Below are positions 1 to 8,797 of a stretch of 14,518 bases of DNA, piece after piece; position 1 is the stretch's first letter, and each line of letters begins with the position of its first letter. Source of the DNA: Promethearchaeia archaeon (GTDB taxonomy: Archaea; Asgardarchaeota; Lokiarchaeia; Sigyniarchaeales; SOKP01). A program made the position numbers and the translations under genes. The stretch spans positions 1-14,518 of the forward strand of contig JAHQWL010000097.1 in the NCBI GenBank assembly GCA_029856155.1, given 5' to 3'. The notes under the pieces are model-generated. The model saw only the letters and a program-made list of their open reading frames with translations. It did no database searches and had not been told where the DNA came from.

Positions 1-621
1 TTGTTTTTTTTGTTTGCATTAGTGTTTATTATTCTATTGACAGGTTTACTGGTTACAGGACAAGTTACAACTGATATCTCTCAAAGATATGGGTTGTTTG
101 GAACCATAGTGACAATTATTATGATAACGGTTCTTTATTTGCTAATTATTCAAATAGGAGTACAAATAATATTTTATAGTTTATTTATAATAAGAGGAAA
201 TAATACTCTTAAACAGGCTAAAGGAAATAAAAAAACACAAACGACTCTCTACGACGGAATTGTCCCATATATAGCCAATTTTTATGCATTTTTTAATCGT
301 TATTCAAAAGAAAAAACAACTTTGAGTAAATTAGTAAGAACTTTCTTATTCCTTAATTTCTTCTCAGGTTTTTATGTTGTTTTATTGGTTACTCGCTTTT
401 TGGGTGTTGAAAATTCGAATATTTTAATAAATTTCTATCTTGTGATAATATTTCTTCCAATGCTATTCTTTTGGTTAATGAATTTGTTGACTTCAGCTAA
501 AATTAGGAATGAAGTCATCAAATGGGAAAAATTATTCCCTAAATTAGAAGAATGGGCTCAAGAGTTAGAACAATCTTCTTTTGAAAATTCAATTTTATTT
601 GATGAGGAGGAGCCTGCATAA
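1..621 (+). CDS. Hypothetical multi-pass membrane protein, probably 5'-truncated at the window edge
   Basis: Open frame from base 1 to TAA at 619-621. About four hydrophobic segments and an acidic C-terminus (FDEEEPA). No recognisable family motif. Confidence 0.7.
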   Translation: MFFLFALVFIILLTGLLVTGQVTTDISQRYGLFGTIVTIIMITVLYLLIIQIGVQIIFYSLFIIRGNNTLKQAKGNKKTQTTLYDGIVPYIANFYAFFNRYSKEKTTLSKLVRTFLFLNFFSGFYVVLLVTRFLGVENSNILINFYLVIIFLPMLFFWLMNLLTSAKIRNEVIKWEKLFPKLEEWAQELEQSSFENSILFDEEEPA

Positions 622-643
622 TTGTTATTTTGGTGATATAGCA

Positions 644-934
644 ATGAGTTCTTCAAGACGTAGTAAATTCGAAATTTGGGCTGAAGTATTGGAATTTTGT
701 CTAAGGACAAAAAGAACTCAAACTTGGTTATTACGAAAAACACGTTTAAAAACGAGCGCGATAAAAGAAACACTTCAATTTCTCCTATCTCGAAATTTAA
801 TTGAACAACTAAATGATGAAGATATTATAAAATATCACACAACAGACCGAGGGGAAGAAGTATTAAAACAATTTTATACTCTCATAAATGATTATTTTGA
901 TTTAAATCAAAATAGAAGAAGAAATAATATTTAG
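644..934 (+). CDS. Archaeal winged helix-turn-helix transcriptional regulator (HTH_45-like)
   Basis: N-terminus RRSKFEIWAEVLE and wing YHTTDRGEEVL match the archaeal 'RRSxxEIxxxIL...YxxTxKG' wHTH pattern. Start moved to ATG 644 because GGTGAT (632-637) lies 6 nt upstream and the track start at 581 overlaps the previous gene. Confidence 0.85.
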   Translation: MSSSRRSKFEIWAEVLEFCLRTKRTQTWLLRKTRLKTSAIKETLQFLLSRNLIEQLNDEDIIKYHTTDRGEEVLKQFYTLINDYFDLNQNRRRNNI

Positions 935-1240
935 CTATTGTGTTTGTTATTTTTATTTCTTCTTGTAATCTAATTAATTTTCTAAATCTAATATTTTTCA
1001 AACAAATTTTAAGGATTTTATTTAATTTATACAGTTATGTCAATGGGCACCCATAACACTCTTAACTTTTAATCTCAATGGAATTGTAAGCTTAGTAGCA
1101 TATTATTCTAAAAAGCGAAATTATTAATTTCCTTATTTCTTTTTTTCTAAGTTTACGTTTTACCCGTTAATTTAAAAGATAAAAGCTCCACTTCTTAATC
1201 TTTATTATTGATTTTTTGTATTAGCGAAATTTTATCTTTA

Positions 1241-1819
1241 TTAAATATAACTTTCATCCTTGTTAACAATTTTTTGAGGATTAAGAGCATAACCATTCTT
1301 ATCGATTCCTCCGAAATCTTTTATTATCTCACTTGGAATTGGATTATTACCAATTCTAAGGGTTTTTAACTTGTTAAGGGATTTAAGACCTTCTATCTTA
1401 GTTATTAAATTACCATAGAGATTTAGATTTAATAGATTCGTAAGGTTATTTAATCCTTTAATTTTTTCGATCCTATTATCCTCTAAGGATAGAACTTCTA
1501 ATCTTTTCAAATGATCCAAACCTTTAATTTCCCTTATTTTATTGTCAGATAGGTATAATATCCTCAAGTTTTTTAGATTCTCTAAACCCGTGATTTCTTC
1601 AATGTTATTTCCATATAAGTTTAATTTCTCTAACATTACTAATGAGTCTAAATTTGTGATGTGAGAAATATTATTATTAAATAGAATAAGGTTTTTTAAC
1701 TCTTTTAACTCCTTTAAGCCTTGGATTTGTGTAAAGTCATCTATTTCCATATTACCTAAATATAACGTTCCATTTTTTACATAAACTTTCTTATTTTTGA
1801 CGTCTACGAACATTTTCAT
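1241..1819 (-). CDS. Leucine-rich repeat protein (SDS22-like 22-aa repeats)
   Basis: About six 22-residue repeats of LxxLxLxxNxIxxIxGL (e.g. LRILYLSDNKIREIKGL, LEVLSLEDNRIEKIKGL, LLNLNLYGNLITKIEGL) ending in an NNPI cap. Confidence 0.92.
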   Translation of the reverse strand: MKMFVDVKNKKVYVKNGTLYLGNMEIDDFTQIQGLKELKELKNLILFNNNISHITNLDSLVMLEKLNLYGNNIEEITGLENLKNLRILYLSDNKIREIKGLDHLKRLEVLSLEDNRIEKIKGLNNLTNLLNLNLYGNLITKIEGLKSLNKLKTLRIGNNPIPSEIIKDFGGIDKNGYALNPQKIVNKDESYI

Positions 1820-1878
1820 CTATATAGAGGTTTGGCATTCATTATTTTGTCTTATGGCAATCTTAATAAAGAATTAGT

Positions 1879-3444
1879 TCATATTGATTCTCTAGGTAGA
1901 CTCATCAATGAATTGATTAAATCAGATACACACTGAGCAGTAGTGTGGAGTTTATTTACATCAATCTTATCAAGTGTATCTTCTTCTGTTAGCAAATAAT
2001 ATGGAGATCTAATCCAATGAATGACTTTTAAATTTGCATGAGTTGCAAAATGTCCCGCTTCTCCAATTGGAGGTGTTGCGAAAAAGTTATCCGGAATTAA
2101 CAGCATTCTTTCAATATTATGTTCCCTACAAGCCTTAATAACAGGAGCTACTAAATTTTCATTTCTAGAGATGAAAAGTGCACCTATTGCTAAATTATTA
2201 GTAATTTTAAAATTGTGAGTTTCAGAGTCTTCTACAACTTCTTTCGCACACATATGTTCTAAATTTAGATCTACTAAAACGTTTTTTAAAAAGGTATCCT
2301 TATATTTTTGGGCAAATTTTTCAGCTCCAATCCCACCATATAGATGTCCCGCTGATAAACAAAATAATAATGATCTAGGGCGTTCTTTTTCTGGAATTTT
2401 TGACCATGCTCTTAGTTGAGCTAACACCATCGCTACTCCTGTTCCATCCTCAGACGCTCCTTTAAAAGCGGAATCATGATGACTTGAAATCATTATCATT
2501 TCTTCAGATTTTCCGGGTAAAATGCCCCAAATGTTATGTGCGATACTTGGCTCTTTATTCCCTTCAAGGATCATAGTACATTGAGCGCTATCTTCCTTTG
2601 CCAATTCTCGAACTTTTATACCTTCATATTTTCCTACATATAATGCTGGAATGGGTTTCATAGCCCCATCATAAGGACCCCAATGGCTATTAATGTTGGA
2701 TGGATAATCTCTTAAAATTAAAACTAAACCCAACGCACCTCTATCAAATGCTCGCCAGTAAACAGAATCTTCTCTTCTTTTTCCACCTAATGCCTGCGGT
2801 GGAAAATTTGATAATGCAAATGTCAAGATGAGATCAGTAGTATCATCGATTGAATTTGAAGGATCAGAAACATAGAATAGTTTCGTTAATTTTATCAATT
2901 TTCCTATTGGTAAATTGGGGAATTCGATATCTGCTACTACTATCTTATCGCTAACGTCTACTTTTTTAAAATCTTTTTCTTTTCCAGTGCCAACGTAAAT
3001 CAATGGGGCTGTTATTCCACTTTCCGATGTAAACCCAGTATTAAGTACATAAAAGCAGGGTATTTCTATCTCTTCTCCTTCTCTTGATATGGTTAAATTC
3101 CAATTCGTCGCACTCCAATTTATTACTTCAACGGGTTCTTTCCTCACAGATTCCAATCCCAATTCTTTACATTTACTTACTAAAAAATCTTCAATTTCAT
3201 GAGCTTCTTCTGTCCCAATTCTCCGATGTGGAACTTTACAAATATTTTCTAAATCTTTATGAATAATATCTGAATTTGGTGCTTCAACTTTTAATTTTAG
3301 TGGTTCAGTTTCAAGTAGAATTTCTTCAGCTCTTTTCCTAATCTTTTTCATTTTTGGAATTAGCTTTATCAAGTTTAAAAGAAACTTCTTCTTTGACAAT
3401 CGAAACTCTGTAACTGCCTTGGAACTTTCTTGAGTTTGACTCAT
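1879..3444 (-). CDS. M28 peptidase-fold protein with PA domain, atypical metal ligands
   Basis: R-x-x-G-T motif (HRRIGT), PA domain (APLIYVGTG..DF..VDVSDKIVV; A...GALGLVLI; IPALYV), then HNIWGILPG, ISSHHDS, GASEDGTGVA and C-terminal EEDTLDKID. No signal peptide. Confidence 0.85.
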   Translation of the reverse strand: MSQTQESSKAVTEFRLSKKKFLLNLIKLIPKMKKIRKRAEEILLETEPLKLKVEAPNSDIIHKDLENICKVPHRRIGTEEAHEIEDFLVSKCKELGLESVRKEPVEVINWSATNWNLTISREGEEIEIPCFYVLNTGFTSESGITAPLIYVGTGKEKDFKKVDVSDKIVVADIEFPNLPIGKLIKLTKLFYVSDPSNSIDDTTDLILTFALSNFPPQALGGKRREDSVYWRAFDRGALGLVLILRDYPSNINSHWGPYDGAMKPIPALYVGKYEGIKVRELAKEDSAQCTMILEGNKEPSIAHNIWGILPGKSEEMIMISSHHDSAFKGASEDGTGVAMVLAQLRAWSKIPEKERPRSLLFCLSAGHLYGGIGAEKFAQKYKDTFLKNVLVDLNLEHMCAKEVVEDSETHNFKITNNLAIGALFISRNENLVAPVIKACREHNIERMLLIPDNFFATPPIGEAGHFATHANLKVIHWIRSPYYLLTEEDTLDKIDVNKLHTTAQCVSDLINSLMSLPRESI

Positions 3445-3556
3445 ACCTTAATTATTATTTCCTTCATTTTTAAATCTAAGATAGAATTAAATAGAATTGA
3501 AGCATATATTTTCATAACAAAAGTGTAAAACTCTCTCAAAAAATGTCAGGTTCATC

Positions 3557-4420
3557 ATGAGCTTTTCTTACCTTAAACTTAAACATAGGGGAAGGTTTTT
3601 AATAATATTGATGTGCTTCTTCACATTTCTAATCCCCATATATTATAGCTTGCACTATAATCCAATTAATTGGGAATCATTAAATAATTTGGATAAAAAT
3701 ATGGATTTAGAAACTCATGCAAATATGGATATTGTTAATTTGGTCCCACCAGAAATAACTATAATTGCCCCTTTAAATAATACATATTATAAAAATCCCC
3801 CTTTAGTTCAAATCAATACGACCGATACTTATAAAATCAATCAAACTTGGTATCTGATTATTGGAAGTGGTGAGAATAAAACCTTCACTGGAAATTCAGT
3901 AGAAATCGATATAAATTTATGGGAGATGCAGCCAGATGGACTAATAATGATAAGATTTTATGCTAATAATTCTATTGGACAGGAAGGTTTCATTGACTTA
4001 CAAGTGGTAAAAGATACAATTCAACCTACAATAATAATACATTCACCTCAAAATGGAACAATTGTAGGGGAAGAACCACCTGATTTTAATGTAACCATTT
4101 TTGATGATAATTTCCATAAATTTTGGTTTACATTCAATATATCAGAGGAGAAATACTTCTGGTTAATCTCTCCGGGAAATAATATAGTTTGGTTACCATT
4201 TTCAGAATGGCATACTATACCACCAGGCCATTTACTCATAAGATTTTTTGTAAATGATACAGCTGGAAATAGTAATAGTTTTGATATTATGATAATTAAA
4301 CAATTAATTGAAAGAAAAATCATAATACCTGGAATGAATTCATCCTTGCTTTATTTAATTCTAATTTTAACTATCACAGTAATTATAAAATCTGCTTTTA
4401 GAAAAAATAAAAATTTGTAA
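3557..4420 (+). CDS. Surface glycoprotein with two Ig-like repeats and a Loki-type C-terminal sorting/TM tail
   Basis: N-terminal basic and hydrophobic signal segment. Two ~90-aa repeats (PxIxIxxPxN...W...G...IRF[YF]xN[ND]xxG). Ten NxS/T sequons. C-terminal IIIPG, a hydrophobic helix and a basic tail RKNKNL. Confidence 0.8.
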   Translation: MSFSYLKLKHRGRFLIILMCFFTFLIPIYYSLHYNPINWESLNNLDKNMDLETHANMDIVNLVPPEITIIAPLNNTYYKNPPLVQINTTDTYKINQTWYLIIGSGENKTFTGNSVEIDINLWEMQPDGLIMIRFYANNSIGQEGFIDLQVVKDTIQPTIIIHSPQNGTIVGEEPPDFNVTIFDDNFHKFWFTFNISEEKYFWLISPGNNIVWLPFSEWHTIPPGHLLIRFFVNDTAGNSNSFDIMIIKQLIERKIIIPGMNSSLLYLILILTITVIIKSAFRKNKNL

Positions 4421-4528
4421 TTTAAATGAAGAATGTTATAGGTGCCTGTTCCTTTATTTGTTGGATTGCTATACAAAATCATACACAAATATAAAATCAA
4501 AGCTGTACTCAAGTTAATTAACATCGAT

Positions 4529-4536
4529 TTTAAATA
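4529..4536 (+). promoter_or_regulatory. Putative TATA box of the beta-helix gene
   Basis: TTTAAATA ends 25 nt before ATG 4562, consistent with a near-leaderless transcript. The same octamer precedes the histone, methyltransferase and Hsp20 genes. Confidence 0.5.
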
Positions 4537-4561
4537 TAAAATAAAATGAGACTGCATAATT

Positions 4562-7105
4562 ATGAGATTTAAACTATTAAAAAATAAATCTGTAATAATT
4601 TTAGGGTTTGTAATTGGAATCCTTCTGTTTCAATATATCTTCATGCAATCATGGATTAAGGTTGAAGGGGGCGTTAACATTGAATACAGAGAAGTAGAAA
4701 AACTGAAGGGCTCTGGTCATTGGGTTTTACCCTATAGGATTCATGTAGATAACAATTGGTCATTAACAGAGAGCACTTATGATTGGTGTACGGGCGGTGG
4801 AACTCCAGGAAACCCATATATTATTGAGAATGTAACGATAGATGCCCAAGGTTTGGGAAGTTGCATCTATATAGAAGATACGACTGAATATTTCATTATT
4901 CAAAACTGCACATTAATGAATTCTAAGGCATCCCCCGATGCTACGATAATGTTATATAATGCGGATAATGGTAAAGTTATTGATAATAACTGTACGGACA
5001 ATGATGGTACTGGTGTCTATGTATATAGCTCTTCTAATATACTCGTTGAAGATAATAATTTAGTGAACAATAATGTCGGAATAACTTTGTCATACTGCTA
5101 TAATAGCATAGTTTCCAAAAATTATATACAAGATAGTAACTGGCATGGTATATATCTCTGGGATAGTGATAATAACATTATCACGGAAAATGAGGTTAAC
5201 CATAATGGTTACTTATGGAGTGACTCTTATGGAATTTATATCTCAGAAAGTGGAAGCCCGAGCTATGTAGATAGCATTAATAATACGATTAAATATAATA
5301 ATGTACATGATAATAGAAGAACCGGTATTTATATTAATTCTTGCGATAATAATACGATATTCGGAAATTCAATTGAAAATAATCAGGAATACGGCATTTA
5401 TTTGGATGATAGTGATGATGTGAACATTATAGGAAATAAGATTAATGATAATGGCTATGGATGTATCGCAAATCAATCTAGCATTAATATTAAGGACGAA
5501 TGGAATGTATGTAATGATGTAGTTGCCCCCTTTACAATTGATGAGACTGGAGGAGGAGATTTCACCTGGGATCAAGTTTCACAATTTGCATGGTGTTCTG
5601 GATCAGGGAGTTATTCTGATCCGTATTTATTAACAGATCTTTCCATAGATGCTCAATCAATAGGATCCTGTATTGTAATTGAAACCTCATTTGACAAATA
5701 TTTTATTATTAGTGGCTGTACAGTTATCAATGGACAAGCTTCGGGTAGTAATGCTGGAATAAGGTTAAACGATGTTCACGATGGAATTATTACACAAAAT
5801 AATATCATGAACAATTATATCGGGATTTATTTAGACAATGCAGAAAATATCACCGTCAGTGATAATGATCTGTTTGACAATTTGGGGCAAAGTATTATCT
5901 TATATCAGAGCCAGCAAAATTATATTCTAGATAATGATCAATATGGAAGCATATATTATGGGCTACTGGTCAATGCTTTTAGTAATAATAACACGATAAG
6001 AGGTAACACATTTCGAAATAATATAGGAGCGGTGTTACATGGGGATGGAATAAGAGTCTTAGATAGCGGTGACAACAAAATCGTATATAATTTACTTATA
6101 AATAATAGTAGGGGAATAAAGATTGAGGATAATTCTCATAATAATACCGTAAAACAAAACATTATCCAAGGTAATCTCAAATATGGTGCGTTGGTCTTAG
6201 CAGACCCTCGAGAAAGCCACGATAATCTATTCTATTTAAATAATTTCAGCAATCCATTGGGACAAAATGCGTATGATAATGGAACCAATACCAAGTGGGA
6301 TAATGGCAGTATTGGTAATTATTGGAATAATTACAGTGGTATAGATGCAGATGATGATATAATAGGTGACAGTCCGCACCTAATTCCCGGTGATGGTGGT
6401 GGACAAGATAATTTTCCAATATGGAGTGATGGATATGACGGTCCACCTATAATAACAATCAACCAACCAATTTCTTATGAGTTATTTGGAACACTGGCAC
6501 CCACGGTTGATGTAACTTTCACGAGTCCTAAATTGTCAGCCACATGGTATCAATTAAATGGTACTATCATTACTAGTAATTATAATTGGACCGGAACACT
6601 TGATCAAAGCGTCTGGAATCAAGTTGGAAATGGAACAGTTACATTAATTTTCTATGCGAATAACACTGTTGGAAAAGTAGGGTCGAATTCGGTAACAGTA
6701 CGAAAAGACATTATAGCACCCGTGATCACCATATACTCTCCTCAAAATAATTCAAGATTCAACACTACCGCCCCCTCATATTTGATAAGCATAAATGAAA
6801 AGAATCTCGATTCTTACTATTATACATTATCGTGGATAGGCGGAGAATCAACCCACTATATATATGTTTTATCGGGATCTATTAATCAAGCTTTATGGGA
6901 CACTTTACCTGTTGGTGTATATACTTTAACTATCTATGCTAATGATACACTTGGAAATTTGGGCTCAAATAGCGTGACCATCTATAAAGAAAGTTTATCA
7001 TCTTCCCCAAAGATTCCATTCGGATCTTTTTATCTCATTGTCAGTATTGTAAGTATCACTTTAATTCTAGCTTCAGCTAAGTATAAACTTAAGATAAAGT
7101 CATAA
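4562..7105 (+). CDS. Large surface protein: tandem NosD/CASH right-handed beta-helix domains, two Ig-like repeats and a C-terminal TM anchor
   Basis: Signal peptide. Many PbH1 repeats (GIYLWDSDNNIITENEV, GIYINSCDNNTIFGNSI). NosD-type GNYWNNYSGIDADDDIIGDSP motif. Two Ig-like repeats (YANNTVG, YANDTLG). PKIPFG followed by a TM helix and KYKLKIKS. Confidence 0.9.
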   Translation: MRFKLLKNKSVIILGFVIGILLFQYIFMQSWIKVEGGVNIEYREVEKLKGSGHWVLPYRIHVDNNWSLTESTYDWCTGGGTPGNPYIIENVTIDAQGLGSCIYIEDTTEYFIIQNCTLMNSKASPDATIMLYNADNGKVIDNNCTDNDGTGVYVYSSSNILVEDNNLVNNNVGITLSYCYNSIVSKNYIQDSNWHGIYLWDSDNNIITENEVNHNGYLWSDSYGIYISESGSPSYVDSINNTIKYNNVHDNRRTGIYINSCDNNTIFGNSIENNQEYGIYLDDSDDVNIIGNKINDNGYGCIANQSSINIKDEWNVCNDVVAPFTIDETGGGDFTWDQVSQFAWCSGSGSYSDPYLLTDLSIDAQSIGSCIVIETSFDKYFIISGCTVINGQASGSNAGIRLNDVHDGIITQNNIMNNYIGIYLDNAENITVSDNDLFDNLGQSIILYQSQQNYILDNDQYGSIYYGLLVNAFSNNNTIRGNTFRNNIGAVLHGDGIRVLDSGDNKIVYNLLINNSRGIKIEDNSHNNTVKQNIIQGNLKYGALVLADPRESHDNLFYLNNFSNPLGQNAYDNGTNTKWDNGSIGNYWNNYSGIDADDDIIGDSPHLIPGDGGGQDNFPIWSDGYDGPPIITINQPISYELFGTLAPTVDVTFTSPKLSATWYQLNGTIITSNYNWTGTLDQSVWNQVGNGTVTLIFYANNTVGKVGSNSVTVRKDIIAPVITIYSPQNNSRFNTTAPSYLISINEKNLDSYYYTLSWIGGESTHYIYVLSGSINQALWDTLPVGVYTLTIYANDTLGNLGSNSVTIYKESLSSSPKIPFGSFYLIVSIVSITLILASAKYKLKIKS

Positions 7106-7119
7106 CTAATAGTTGATTA

Positions 7120-7139
7120 TTTTTTTTTATTTTTTTTTT
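7120..7139 (+). terminator. Oligo-T archaeal terminator
   Basis: T9-A-T10 tract starting 15 nt after the stop of 4562..7105, between convergent genes. Confidence 0.65.
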
Positions 7140-7152
7140 ACAATTTCATTTT

Positions 7153-7950
7153 TCACTTTAGAAAGTTAAGTAGTACCTTAAGAAATTTATCAGGTTCCTC
7201 AGTGTGAATAATGTGAGCATTTGAGTCGAAATATATAATTTCTGATAATGGTATTTTCTCAGCTAATAGTTCACCATTTCTAGATGGAACTAGAATATCC
7301 TGCTTACCATGCACTATTAAAGTAGGTATACTTATGTTTTTTAATTTCCTACATGAGTTATATCTCATCCAAGCAGCCATTTGGGCTTTAAAGGTGGCGG
7401 GACCAGTTGGAATTATCAGAATATCATCAACTTTTTTTTCCATAAATTCAGGATTTTCATCCATGAATCTTTTTGTAAATATATGGAACATACCTTCTTC
7501 TGTTAAATCTCTTGTATGCACTTTTGTTGAAAATTTACCTAATATTCGCTGTGTTTCTATTGAAGGCAATTCTGCCTTCGATCCGCCGCAACTTGTTGAA
7601 CAAAGAACAAGCTTTTTAATTCTCTCAGGAAATTTAAGAGCCATCTCTTGTGCGATCATTCCTCCCAGTGAATGACCAAGGATATGAGCTTGAGCAATAT
7701 TTAAAGCATCCATCAAGCCTAATATATCGGCTGCCATTAATTCTATTGAGAGATCTCCATCCAGATTATCACTTCTTCCGACACCTCTATTATCAAAAAT
7801 AACGGTCTTAAAATGTTTTGAGAGTTGATCTATCATAGGACGATCCCACCAATAAACATTTTCAGACAAACCCAGAATCATTAAAAGAGGAAATCTATCT
7901 CCATGGATCTCGTAATAAAGATTCATACCATCGACCTGAACTTTTGGCAA
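7153..7950 (-). CDS. Alpha/beta fold hydrolase (PcaD/enol-lactonase-like)
   Basis: FDNRGVGRS, nucleophile elbow GHSLGG, PTLIVHGKQDILVP (acid) and NAHIIHTEEP (His). TTG start. Confidence 0.92.
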   Translation of the reverse strand: MPKVQVDGMNLYYEIHGDRFPLLMILGLSENVYWWDRPMIDQLSKHFKTVIFDNRGVGRSDNLDGDLSIELMAADILGLMDALNIAQAHILGHSLGGMIAQEMALKFPERIKKLVLCSTSCGGSKAELPSIETQRILGKFSTKVHTRDLTEEGMFHIFTKRFMDENPEFMEKKVDDILIIPTGPATFKAQMAAWMRYNSCRKLKNISIPTLIVHGKQDILVPSRNGELLAEKIPLSEIIYFDSNAHIIHTEEPDKFLKVLLNFLK

Positions 7951-8185
7951 TTTGGAATCAACTGCTTATTTAATATATTAATTTTCATTGACTAATAATA
8001 ATTTGGGGTAATTATATTTAAAAATTCTTGTCTCAGTTCACATCATTTTAGAGTTCTATATAAAATTTAATCAGAGATGGAATATTTTTATAGTCAAGTT
8101 CTCTTGAAGTTTTTAGGTTTTAGAACAAAACTTTAAATCTCATCCTCTATTTGCTTAGGATGGTGAAAGAAACAAAACTAAGTTG

Positions 8186-8695
8186 GTGATAAAAATAATT
8201 AATGACAATAATCTCCAAAAAAAGGATGAAGTACTATATACTGAATGGGTTCCCGCTGGAAGATTTGTAAAAATTGTAATCCTATTTGTATGTGTATTAA
8301 TTATTTCTCTCGGGATTATATTTACCGCTTTCTTACCCATAGAAGTGGCATTTATAGGGTTTATACTCGGTGCTGTAGGTTTGTTTATTTTTCTTATGTA
8401 TTGGAATTACCGAGGTCTAAAAATTACCTTAACCAGTAATCAACTTGAAGTAAAATATGGCATTTTTAACCATAAGAAATTTTCCTTACAAGAAATTACG
8501 AGTTGCGATATAACAAAAGCACATTTTAGAACCTATGGAGGAGTAGGAATTCGATTCGGATTAGATGGTTCATGGGCTTATAACACGGATTTTGGAGAGG
8601 CTGTAAAATTAACTTTTCAATATGGCAGATCTTTTGTTTTCTCTACAAGAAATCCTCAAGAAATATGCACTCTAATAAATGAATTATCGAAATAA
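8186..8695 (+). CDS. Membrane protein with bacterial-type PH domain (two TM helices + bPH)
   Basis: Two TM helices, then LEVKYGIF..FSLQEI, YGGVGIR, GEAVKL and FVFSTRNPQEI, the pattern of small membrane bPH-domain proteins. Start uncertain (TTG 8183, GTG 8186 or ATT 8198). Confidence 0.75.
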   Translation: MIKIINDNNLQKKDEVLYTEWVPAGRFVKIVILFVCVLIISLGIIFTAFLPIEVAFIGFILGAVGLFIFLMYWNYRGLKITLTSNQLEVKYGIFNHKKFSLQEITSCDITKAHFRTYGGVGIRFGLDGSWAYNTDFGEAVKLTFQYGRSFVFSTRNPQEICTLINELSK

Positions 8696-8748
8696 AAAAA
8701 ATTGAGAACTATTAAATAACTTCTCTGTACCCCTTGAAAATTTTAAGG

Positions 8749-8764
8749 AAAAAAGAAAAAAAAA
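8749..8764 (-). terminator. Oligo-T terminator of the histone gene
   Basis: A-tract on the + strand (T-tract on -) about 35 nt downstream of the histone stop. Confidence 0.5.
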
Positions 8765-8797
8765 TTTAAAATATAAAATTTTGTGCCTTTTACCTAT

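Noticed and set aside
610-640. Xer/dif-like GCATAA-N6-TTTTG
   Set aside because: The right arm does not match, and the sequence is explained by a stop codon plus a ribosome-binding site.
1114-1231. AGCGAAATT repeated at 1114 and 1223
   Set aside because: Only two 9-bp copies, with no array structure or CRISPR-like periodicity.
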